DNA of 64,000 bases, from contig OZ024740.1 in the NCBI GenBank assembly GCA_964016885.1, positions 99,882,001 through 99,946,000 on the forward strand. The letters run 5' to 3'. The notes beneath the pieces were generated by a model. It was not told the DNA's origin. It worked only from the letters and a program-made list of their open reading frames with translations, and did not search any database. Of this stretch, positions 1-10,148 are shown one piece after another (the stretch's first letter is position 1; each line of letters starts with the position of its first letter). This stretch comes from Eledone cirrhosa (Eukaryota). The translations under genes were made by a program, and so were the position numbers.

Positions 1-129
1 CTAATGTCTGAGGCAACCCTATAAATCCAACTTTATTGGGATCTTTTCAATTCTGAAAATATCTTAATCCTTTTCGCACTAATAAAGTAAAAAGACCAGC
101 CCCGAGAGGGGGATTAGAAGAAAAATTCA

Positions 130-650
130 TCCAGTAAATAGAGAAAGGGGAGAATTTGGTGTTATTGATATAAAGAAGAAGATTGGAAAAGAGTTTTGTG
201 TAGTACATATAGAGAAGGGAATTGGTAAGAGAGTTCCGTGTAATAGATATAGATAGGGGAAGAGTTTGGTGCTAATTGATAGAGAGAAGATGATTGGAAG
301 TAAGCACCAAGTAGTATTTATAGAGAGAGGGAGACTTTTCTGTTAATTGATATTGAGAGGGGGATAATTGTGTAGTGACAGTTAGAGTGAGATGGAATGA
401 GAGAGAGTTTTTATGGTAGGTATAGAGAGGGGGGGGGGATAGTTTGGTGGTAATTGATATAGTGAGGAGTTTGGGAGAGTGTGTTGTATATTGGATATAT
501 AGAGAGGGAGAGATTGATGTTTATTGATATAGAGAGTGGGATTGGAAGAGAGTTCCATGTAGTAGATATACAGAGGGGAAGAGTTTGGTGTTAATTGATA
601 CGGAGAGGTAGATTGGAAGAGGTTTCTGTGTAATAGATATAGGGCTGATA
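130..650 (+). repeat. Degenerate ~60-65 bp minisatellite array (purine-rich orientation)
   Basis: Recurrent GAGAGTTTGGTG(G/T)TAATTGATATAGAGAG...GATTGGAAGAGAGTTCCGTGTAGTAGATATAG motifs. Confidence 0.8.
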
Positions 651-708
651 TATCGAGCTCCTTCATATTTGGTAATAAAATGGTATTATACCCAATTTAT
701 TCATATCC

Positions 709-780
<72 letters not shown>
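709..780. repeat. (TA)n(TG)n microsatellite
   Basis: Direct reading. Confidence 0.95.
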
Positions 781-781
<1 letters not shown>

Positions 782-931
782 ATTGATTTATTATGGATAT
801 TGTTGAGCTGTGTTACTCTAAAGTTTCATCTGTGCATTCACAGGATCACCAGTCTTGTCTGATGATCCTGTAAGTACCCAGGTGAAACTCCAGAATAATA
901 AGGCTCATCACTTAGCCATAATAAATGAATA
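781..931 (+). mobile_element. Fold-back remnant with degenerate hammerhead (Penelope-like terminus)
   Basis: 781-852 is an imperfect reverse complement of 859-931. Right arm has CTGATGA(859-865)-tcctg/cagg-t-GAAA(884-887). Confidence 0.6.
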
Positions 932-1129
932 TTTAAACTCTATTTCAGTATTGAGTTTGCATTCTTACACCCGTTAATAATTCACGTACTCCCAGGTCTA
1001 ATTATTTATTTTACATTAAAAAACATTATATACGACAAAAAAAGAACATTACAAGAAATCCCATATTTATGAACGTAAACTATACAATTGCCTATTTCCA
1101 AAGACGCCCCTATTCCCACCCCTCCAATT

Positions 1130-2620
1130 ATTTGGCACAGTCTCTCTGTCTACTACACGGAATTCTTCCATTATCCTTTCTCTATATCTGCAACCACCAA
1201 ATTCTCCCCCTCTCTATATCTAACATACAAAATGCTCTCCCAATCCTCATCTTTATATCAATCATCTCCAAACTCTGCCATCGCCATCTCTACCACGCTC
1301 TCTCGTAATCGTTCTCTCTATATCCATCAAAAACTGCCCCACTATATATTTTACGATAATGTCTCTGCCAATTACCCTCTCCATATTTAGCAATATTTAT
1401 CCCTCTCAACACTCGATTTGGCAGTATCGGTAGAGGGTCGGACGCCATGCTTTGGAGTATAGAGTTACGGCCCTTTATGGTCTGAGTTCAAATCCCGCCG
1501 AGGTCATTGCTGGCCTTGTGCCAAATGTAGAAACAATTATATCTACAAGTATTGGAATCTACACCTCTTTATATCTACTACACGACACACTCTCTCTCTC
1601 AATCCCCCTCAATATATCAATTACCTCCAAACTCTACCCCTCTCTATATCTACTACACGGAACTCTTTTTCCATCCTCTTCTCTATATCAATTTACACCA
1701 AAGTCTCTCTCCTCTCTATATATATTATAGGTACTCTTTTCCAATCACCCGCTCTATATCAATTAGCACCAAACTCTCCCCCTCTGTATCTGCTACACGA
1801 AACACTCTTCCAGTACTCCTCTCTATATAAATTAACACCAAACACTCCCCTTCTGTATATCTACTACATGGAACTCTTCCAATCCCACTCTCTATATAAA
1901 TAAATATCAATATTTCCCCCACTCTATATCTAATATACAACACTCTCCCAACACCCCTAACTATATCAATTACCACCAAACTATCTCCCATCTCTGTATC
2001 TACCATACAGAACTCTCTCTCATCCCCTTTCACTCTAACCATCAGTACCGAAATATCCCCCACTCTATATCTATCAATAATTATCTCTATCAATCCTCTC
2101 ACTCTATTCATTACCAACAAACTCTCCCCTAATCTATATCTACTACACGGAACTCTCTGCCAATACTCCTCTCTATATCAATTAACACCAAACTCTCCCC
2201 TTTCTTTATCTACTATACGGAACACTATTCCATTCCCCCTCTCTATATCAATTAACATCAAACTCTCCCTCTCTATATATCTACCATACAACACTCTCTC
2301 TCATTCCCTCTCACTCTATCCATCACTACCAAACTTTCCCCCTCTTCTACATCTATCAATACCTACCTCTACCTATCCACTCACTCTATTCATTACCACC
2401 AAACTTTCCCCCTCTCTACATCAACCATACCACACTCTCTCTCAATCCATTTCTGTATATCAATTAACCCCAATCTCTCCCCTTCTCTATATCTGCTACC
2501 CGGAACTCTCTTCCAATCGCCCCCTCTATATCAAGTAACACCAAATTCTCCCCCTCCCTACATCTACTACACCGAACTCTTTTCGAATCACCTTCTCTAT
2601 ATCTGTATCTATCTCCCATC
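1130..2620 (-). repeat. Same ~60-65 bp minisatellite in opposite orientation, interrupted by a SINE
   Basis: Recurrent CTCTATATCAATTACCACCAAACTCTCCCCTCTCTATATCTACTACACGGAACTCTCTTCCAATC, the reverse complement of the 130-650 motif. Confidence 0.85.
1415..1540 (+). mobile_element. tRNA-derived SINE, internally deleted copy
   Basis: A-box TGGCAGTATCGG, B-box GAGTTCAAATCC, 3' GGCCTTGTGCCAAA.GTAGAAACAATT. Central GCCTTTCATCC...AGTACCAG segment missing. Confidence 0.85.
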
Positions 2621-2755
2621 TCTCACTACATAACATGTACATACATTGCACCGCATATACAAAGAGATGTGCGTTTTGATATATATGTTGCTGTTTTTTT
2701 GCCCTCCCCTACCTTTCCCGGTACCCCCCCCCCTGACTTTTCACAGCTCATTATG

Positions 2756-3310
2756 AAGAGACCAGATAGCCTTATCCTTTTCCTCTGGGTACGAGGTAGG
2801 TGTCTATTCTGGGACACTAAAGTCAGTGACTCTTTTTCACCCTCCCGCCGTGATAAATGCGGGGATCACTGCTTCTGTTGCCGAACGGAATAAAATTCGT
2901 AAATACTTGGATTTATATAGTTATTATGTTTTTCAGGCTGTGGCATTCAAGATGTTTGGTGGCTCTGGGCCACTGACAGCGAAGTTCTTGTCATCACTGG
3001 TGGCTCGCCTTACTGAGGTGTCAGATGATGGCCATGAGAGTGCCTGGTTGTTTCAGTGCCGTATCCTCGCCAACACTCGTGGCAATGCTGCGAGCGTATT
3101 GGCTTGCCTCAAAATATTCCGTTGATGTGATGTGTCACACTTGGTGGTGAATTGATGGTCGTTTTTGTTTTCGTTCACCCACTTTTTGCTTCCTTTTTTT
3201 TCCTCTCTTATATGCGTTTATATTTCTGTTTATCAACGACATTATATTTGTAATGTTCTTCTGAACGAATTGCGAGCAATTTATAATGTTATTTTAATTT
3301 AATAAATGAA
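2756..3310 (+). mobile_element. 3' fragment of a CRE-like non-LTR retrotransposon (restriction-like endonuclease domain, frameshifted)
   Basis: KRPDSLILFLWVRGRCLFWDTKVSDSFSPS / AERNKIRKY..YVFQAVAFKMFGGSGP..FL..L..RL...HESAWLFQ....TRGNAASVL resembles the KRPDG..W..G...WD...K..KY...E..G..G...RGNA RLE C-terminus. Followed by an AT-rich 3' tail with AATAAA. Confidence 0.75.
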
Positions 3311-3450
3311 ATATATGGCTATATACATATTATGTAGAACAGCAATTTTAAAACTTTTTAATCCATGTCAACTCTAAGAATGTGCTAAAAGTATTATAAC
3401 ATGCCATAAGCTTTTTAAAGCTATTATTATATAACAAAATATAACAAAAA

Positions 3451-3640
3451 GCAGTGAATTGGCAGTATCGATAGAGGGGCGGACGTCATGCTTTGACGCA
3501 TAGAGTTACGGCCCTTTCCCTATTGAGTTCAAATCCCGCCGATGTCAACTTTGCATTTCATCCTTACGGGGTCGATAAAATAAAGTACCAGTAATGTACT
3601 GGGTAATTGCTGGCCTTGTGCCAAAAGTAGAAACAATTAT
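3451..3640 (+). mobile_element. tRNA-derived SINE, full length
   Basis: A/B boxes, central TTTCATCCTTACGGGGTCGATAAAATAAAGTACCAG, 3' GAAACAATTATTAT. Confidence 0.9.
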
Positions 3641-4728
3641 TATATAACAAAATGAGTATTCGAATTGTTTTAAATATATACGCATATATCTGTACAGTGC
3701 ATAAAGTCTCAAACTTTCTAACACGTGACACACCTTCAGCACGCAAAGGTGCCGTGGTACAATGTTCGAAAACGGCTTGAGTAGGGGATATCTCATTGAT
3801 TGTTGATTTTCATTTTACTGTATGTGATATTTAATAATAAACAATAATGTATTATATATTTATAACAATGGTTTTTAATCTGCACTCTAATAATATTCAT
3901 GACATCTTATGTATACTCTACATAATCCTCTTATGCATGCTTATATATAAATGTAAACTAAATGGTTCCTCCGTCAGTTTCAATGATGAGTGTTACAGTT
4001 CTTCGATCAATGGAATCGACTTCTAATTGTATTATACTTTAAGTGGCAGTATATTCCACAGACAATTGTACACACTAATCAAATATGCCATTCAATATGA
4101 TCCAATCTGGAACTTCATGATAGTGAAGGGACGTTAATTACCACTGAGCTACATCTACGTCCAGTGACAAAGAGCAATACACTTGTAACGAGACAGGATA
4201 GAACTATTTTATCGCTGTGGCGTAATTTGGTCGTGCTTGGTCAGTCGCCAGCCCTGTAAGCTTGATGACGTATGAATACCAATGACCATTTCCGACCAGC
4301 AGTAGAACACGCCTTTTGCAAAACTAACCAGTTGCACGCTGGTAGTGTAACGGGCCTTAACTAGCTTTCCCAATTTTTGATTTCCCTCTCTAACATTGAG
4401 AGCAGTTCTTTAGATGGCTTTTCAGGGATTTACTATTTATCCGACGTCTTTGTTTTACCAAATATTCCAATCCCTGACAATAGCTAAGGATAAATTAGAG
4501 CCTGTCTCACTGCATTTTTTACCTACTAAAATGAAAACATTCGTTTCCCTGGCATCTACACACAAAAAAACTCTTGTTGCATACATTTCATAACGTGTTC
4601 AAAACAATAAAAAGAATAAATTATTCTTGTATAAAAAAAACTATGCCTTCTGATCTATAATTTTCGATACATTGGAACATTTCTCATACCTCTCCATTTT
4701 CCTAAAGTGTCAATCGTGCTAAAGGTCA

Positions 4729-4917
4729 TAATTGTTTCTACTTTTTGGCACAAGGCCAGCAATTACCCAGTGCATTACTGGTATTTTATTTTATCGATCC
4801 CGTAAGGATGAAAGGCAAATTAACCTCGGTGGGATTCGAACTCAGAATGGCAAGGGCCGTAACTCTATGCGTCAAAGCATAGCGTCCGACCCTCTACCGA
4901 TACTGCCAAATGACCAC
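4729..4917 (-). mobile_element. tRNA-derived SINE, full length
   Basis: Reverse complement of the 3451-3640 family. Confidence 0.9.
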
Positions 4918-5519
4918 TAAACACTACAGTGGGGATCGCTAGCTTGTTCTCAGTGGTAATACCTTCCCCATGTTTTCTTCGTGGATGCAGCTGCGACATA
5001 CTTCTGAAACTGGTGTGAATAGACTACTGCTCTTTCTCCCCTTTCTCCTACTTACTTTATTTAATCTAACACAGACACAACATACTTTGAACCTCTAGTC
5101 AAATCATGTACCTTTATATAGAACCGATGTTTTTATTGTTATAATTTAGGAGGGCCAATTGCTGTAATCCTCCATTTCAGTTTTGTTATTAGTTACGTGA
5201 CATATTCCTCCTTCGGTCAGTTTAGTAACCGAGGAGTTATTGAGTTGTCATATTTCATTGCCAAAGATCTTTTGTCACACATCTGTGACGTTTTCAATAG
5301 CTGTTATTGCTCTGCTGTGTTTCCTCTTTGTTCTAATTACTCTCTGTTGTCTTTCTGCTTATAGAACAGAATCAGAAGAAAGAGGAGACACAGAGGAGGA
5401 AGTATAGTCATTTTGAAGGTTACAAAATGTGCGACGAAAGAGCTTTGTCATTTAAATATAACTATAAAATAACCACCAGGCTAATAAACTAACCGAGAAA
5501 TGGATTTTTACTTGAGTAA

Positions 5520-5708
5520 TAATTGTTTCTGCATTTGACATAAAGCCAGCAATTTGAAGCGAAGACGAATGCCGTGTAAATTGACTTAAACTCATTACTG
5601 GTTCTTTATTTATCGACCGAGTGCGTACGAATTCAGAATATATAGGTATGTAACTGTATGCTGCAAAGCATGTTGTCCGGCGTTCTACCGTTACTGCCAA
5701 ACCATCGC
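5520..5708 (-). mobile_element. Diverged related tRNA-SINE
   Basis: AATTGTTTCT..., ACTGGTTCTTTATTTATCGACC, TCTACCGTTACTGCCAA motifs. Confidence 0.6.
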
Positions 5709-6329
5709 CCTCACAGCCCTAATGATAAAACTAAAATGAAACTAAAAATAGTACGTGTGTTTGTTTTGGTAAGAAGAGCATTTCGAAGTATAATAACATT
5801 TGTTTCAACACACGATTTGTCATTGTAAAACATACGAAAATGAAGCAATATTTTAATATTATATTACATTATATACAGTATATATTGGCTGCAACTTGGT
5901 TTCGATAATTACCACCCTTCAATTGTTTCTCATACATGGGTCATAAGCATTACCTTTTAGCCCTGCCAAGGACTTTGATGTAATTCTGAATATGTTGCAG
6001 CGAAAAAAGAAAGAAAGGGCCATGTTCAGAACACGCGTGAAAGTCACTTAGATCAAGTGATAGTTGTGCTTGAAAATTTTTTAAGTGAAGAAAGGCCTTG
6101 CACTGGACCAAATCCCGCTTTCTGAACAAACGTGACAGGTATCCAAAAACAAGTACCGGCCAACAACATTGGCTGTGCAGGTTTTACGCCAAAGTTACCC
6201 TTTTCCTAGAATGATACCCTTACAAGAACTAGAAGTCTTTCACTCGGCTGATTTAACTGCGCACTCGAGAACCAAACCGAGTATTTCCAATCACACACAC
6301 ACACACACACACACACTGATTAGGCGACA

Positions 6330-6440
6330 CCCGCTGATGAATCCACATGCGCCGATTATGCATTGTTGCATAATATATGCAGACAGAGGGTGCAGTGCAC
6401 CCTACTGCTGCATGAAGTATGGCCGAAATTCGAGTCCGGG
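6330..6440 (+). ncRNA. Type I hammerhead ribozyme, copy 1
   Basis: Stem I CCCG/CGGG, CTGATGA 6334-6340, GAAA 6425-6428, short stem III T-TCGA-G, GTC 6434-6436. Confidence 0.7.
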
Positions 6441-7189
6441 AACTAATATAGGCACCCGTTTTCGTGTGTTGTATTGAAGTGAATAACTATGTGTATACTC
6501 TGGGAATGTATTCTACATTATCTATTGAGTACGCTGAAATACAACCGGTCCTGGCATTGTTAAATACGCTGGGTCCGTCAACTCATTATTATTATCTCCC
6601 AACTAGCAGGGTATTGAGAGTAAGTTAAACAATGTTTCACTTTTCTTATTGTGTTTTTGTTTTGATGTGCGCTCTAATTCCTGCTACTATTTTTTTCTCT
6701 CTCACTCACCTATTGAATCGTTTAAGTTGTGAAATAGACTGGTTTACACACGTGACTGTTGCTACCAGCACGCTACTCTATATCGCTGTATGTATAGTGG
6801 ATGGAGGCATTTAATGTCCGATAAAGGTTCTAGGCCCTACCACTGTTACCATCGCCATCCTATCGCCATGGGACTTGGAGACTAGTGCCGAATGCTACTA
6901 TTCTACTGTGCAACGACGTGGAACTGCTTTTTCTAATAACCAAACTTTTCACTATCTTATCAATTTGTGTATGAGACACGTTGGCTGAGCGCTTTTGGCG
7001 GGAGCGGAAATATTTGTTTTCTAATCTCCTGCCACCACGTAAATTTGTAAATCGGTGGCCGATCAGGGGACGGAGTTGTATCAGATTCTAGTTGTTAATC
7101 ACTTTACTGTGTCGGCCGTCACAAACAGTCATAGCCGGCATGGACTGGAGTTGAATTCTGTCGATCGATTGGTTATTGATAAGGCGATA

Positions 7190-7300
7190 CCCGCTGATGA
7201 ATCCACATGCGCCGATTATGCATTGTTGCATAATATATGCAGTCAGAGGGTGCAGTGCACCCTACTGCTGCATTAAGTGTGGCCGAAACTCGAGTCCGGG
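7190..7300 (+). ncRNA. Type I hammerhead ribozyme, copy 2
   Basis: Stem I CCCG/CGGG, CTGATGA 7194-7200, GAAA 7285-7288, palindromic CTCGAG stem III, GTC 7294-7296. Confidence 0.75.
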
Positions 7301-7575
7301 AACTAATATAGGCACCTGTTTACGTGTGTTGTATTGAAGTGAATAAATATGTGTATACTCTGGAATGTATTCTACATTACCTATTGAGTTCGCTGAGATA
7401 CAACCGGTCCTGGCATTGTTAAATATGCTGGGTCCGTCAACCCCTTATTATATATATATGTATATAGATATAGTATAACAATATTTGTTTCGACACACGA
7501 TTTCATATCAAAAACTTCGCAAAACAAATATATATATATATATACATATATATTTTAAAAGGGAAATAATGACTC

Positions 7576-7709
7576 CACTTGTAGTTCTAAACAATTTAAT
7601 TTAATTTTATAATGTTATAATTTTACAATTTGGTTTTGTAGATCTACAAAACCAAATTGTAAAATTATAACATTATAAAATTAAATTAAATTGTTTAGAA
7701 CTACAAGTG
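7576..7709. repeat. Perfect 134-bp palindrome
   Basis: CACTTGTAGTTCTAAAC...GTAGA|TCTAC...GTTTAGAACTACAAGTG, centre 7642/7643, no spacer. Confidence 0.95.
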
Positions 7710-7763
7710 ATGTGATTTTCTTTTTTTTAATATACCTAACTATACCAAAGATTTCACATATTT

Positions 7764-7767
<4 letters not shown>

Positions 7768-7846
<79 letters not shown>
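7768..7846. repeat. (TA)n microsatellite (LTR element insertion site)
   Basis: Direct reading. (TA)n resumes at 10041. Confidence 0.95.
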
Positions 7847-7847
<1 letters not shown>

Positions 7848-9305
7848 CAGAATGCTAGCGTGTATGAATGTAACAAGGAGACATGGTTTGTGTGTATAAT
7901 ATTTAATTAACAATCATGGATATATATAGAACAGTATAATTAACATGTCAAAGAAATAGATGAAAGAATGAAGCAAAGTTATTAGTTACCGTTTGATTGC
8001 CAAACGAACGTGGCTGGCAGAAGACGCCTGGGTGAAGACTCCTGGCGAAAGCCAGGAGGCGCCTGACCGAAAAGGCGAATGAGAGAGTGAGAACTTAAAG
8101 TTGCTAGTTTTATAGGGTTCTGACCGGAAGTTACAGAAAGGGTTCTACTTCCTGTCTAGATGGTGTTAATCTATTGGGGTTGTGAGTGTCACAACAAGGG
8201 AGGCAACTCCTGCTACATAACCTCCCGCCAGAATTTTAGAATATAAAAATCGAATGAAATATGTAGCAAGTTGGCGAGAATGTTGTAACAGGCATGACAA
8301 TTACGACAAAAGAATGTTTGCAAAAATCAATGATAGATATCAAGGTAGCCAACCGCTCTTGGCCAGAGAACGACTGGACATCTATCTATCCATCACCCAA
8401 AGATACAAAGTAATAAAGTAAGAGAAGAGCTCAAAGTCCAAATGTACAAAATATAGTTCAGAGGTGTGCAATCACATGACAGCAGGAAAGAAAGTGTGTT
8501 CCAGAGAATGAATGCAGGTGGTTTCTGTTCTGTGGTATATCGTGAAATTTCCAACCTCCGAATGGATTTTCTCACAGAAAGAATGCTGCAAAAATAAATT
8601 CTCTGGCTTGTTCTGCTGGTTTTGGTTGTTGTTGAAGCTGTGTTGCTGTTGATCTTGTTGTCTCGCGGAGTGAGCGTATTCGGTGTTTAAATTCACAGTA
8701 AAAAAATATTTTTCTGGAAAAATGAGTTGCGCAAAGTGCTAGAAATAACAGCCGAAGTTGATGGTCGATGTTGAGAATGCATTGACCTGGAAGGGTCAAG
8801 AGGCCAGCGACCAAAGAAATAAGCATTCTGAATAAATGCGCAGTTTTCAACGGCAAATTTACGTGGTAAATTTTTAAACCGGCAAATAGGAGAATATAGC
8901 TTAAGGCTGAAGAATCCTTGGCGAGAAACGTTATCTCTGGCGTGCGGCTATCTCTGTGAGTCGAGAATTTGTGCTGCCTACACCTGCCAATACAAGGTTA
9001 AGTTAGGTTGAAAAAATATTTCTAATGCGCGAGAAAATGATAGTGCAACGGGTCGTTGGCAGCCATTTTGAAAAAAATGTGTGTGTGAAAGTGACAATGA
9101 TGCAAGAGAAAGGCTTCACTTATCATAATTATTGGTGTGAACTTTGGAAAAAAAAACAAACTTGAACGATGGAGAAAACGATGAAAAAAAAAAGGCAATG
9201 GTTCATCGAAAATAAATGTTCCTGTTGAAATCTTTTTTAAAAAAAAATATCAAATTTCTTTTTTTTTTTGGGGGGGGGGGGGTTGAAAGTGTTCGTTGTA
9301 AGAAA

Positions 9306-9515
9306 CGAGAAACATATATATATATCGTGAAATGCGACAGTTAGTTGATGCGTGAGAGAAAAAGTCTGTCTGAACGCGAATTTCACATGTGCGTGGTGTG
9401 TTCGTTTCTTGGAGAAACATATATATATACAGCAAACTGCGACAGTTAGTGGATGCGTGAGGGAAAAAGAGTGTCTGCACGAAAGTTTCACATGTGCGTG
9501 TGTGCGTTTCTTTGA
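9306..9515. repeat. ~105-bp tandem duplication inside the LTR element
   Basis: GAGAAACATATATATATA...TGCGACAGTTAGT.GATGCGTGAG...TTTCACATGTGCGTG occurs twice. Confidence 0.8.
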
Positions 9516-9631
9516 CTGAGTATTTGCATAGTTTGTCAATAAATTTGCTGTCTATTCGTAATGTTACTCACACAACACCAGATTCTGCTACTTTTTTCTT
9601 TTTTCGGGGTCACCACTTTATAGCGTGGAAT

Positions 9632-9663
9632 GGTTGCGGGTTCGTATCACGTCGGGGTCACCA
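9632..9663 (+). other. tRNA-Trp 3' fragment including CCA (extended PBS of the LTR element)
   Basis: GGTTGCGGGTTCGTATCACGTCGGGGTCACCA resembles the T-arm, acceptor strand and CCA of eukaryotic tRNA-Trp (GGTTGCGTGTTCAAATCACGTCGGGGTCA-CCA). Confidence 0.85.
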
Positions 9664-10056
9664 ATATAGCGTAATGCTAGCGTGTATGAATGTAACAAGG
9701 AGACATGGTGTGTGTGTATAATATTTAATTAACAATCATGGATATATATAGAACAGTATAGTTACCATGTCAAAGAAATAGATGAAAGAATGAAGCAAAG
9801 TTATTAGTTACCGTTTGATTGCCAAACGAACGTGGCTGGCAGAAGACGCCTGGGTGAAAGACTCCTGGCGAAAGCCAGGAGGCGCCTGACCGAAAAGGCG
9901 AATGAGAGAGTGAGAACGTAAAGTTGTTAGTTTTATAGGGTTCTGACCGGAAGTTACAGAAAGGGTTCTACTTCCTGTCTAGATGGTGTTAATCTATTGG
10001 GGTTGTGAGAGTCACAACAAGGGAGGCAACTCCTGCTACATATATATATATATATA

Positions 10057-10100
10057 AACCCATGCTAGCATTGAAAAATGGACGTTAAACGATGATGATG

Positions 10101-10102
<2 letters not shown>
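10057..10102 (+). mobile_element. Isolated RTE-type 3' tail
   Basis: AACCCATGCTAGCATTGAAAAATGGACGTTAAACGATGATGATG, same terminus as RTE copies at 54121 and 57272 (minus). Confidence 0.75.

Positions 10103-10148
<46 letters not shown>

Larger units (their letters stand above)
6317..7450 (+). mobile_element. Non-coding retrozyme / non-autonomous Penelope-like element: 860-nt unit bounded by ~270-bp direct repeats, each carrying a hammerhead
   Basis: Direct repeats 6317-6591 and 7177-7450. Flanked by (CA)n and (TA)n. No recognisable ORF. Confidence 0.75.
7843..10040 (-). mobile_element. Non-autonomous LTR retrotransposon (~2.2 kb), tRNA-Trp primed
   Basis: LTRs 7843-8217 and 9665-10040 (~9 differences by eye). 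Minus-strand ends TGTAGC...GCTATA. PBS TGGTGACCCCGACGTGAT next to the 9665 LTR. Purine-rich GGCGGGAGG next to the other LTR. TATA box CCCTATAAAA in the LTR. No RT/IN recognised internally. Confidence 0.9.

Noticed and set aside
382-2120. ORFs in the satellite blocks
   Set aside because: Low-complexity repeat translations with no domain signal.
3451-3545. tRNA gene calls for SINE heads (A/B boxes)
   Set aside because: They continue into a shared SINE body and tail in more than 10 copies and do not form a proper cloverleaf.
5340-5410. Possible exon after a pyrimidine tract (TAG|AACAGAATCAGAAG...)
   Set aside because: No convincing donor site or recognisable peptide.
9632-9663. Functional tRNA-Trp gene
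   Set aside because: Only the 3' portion is present, with encoded CCA, at the PBS position.
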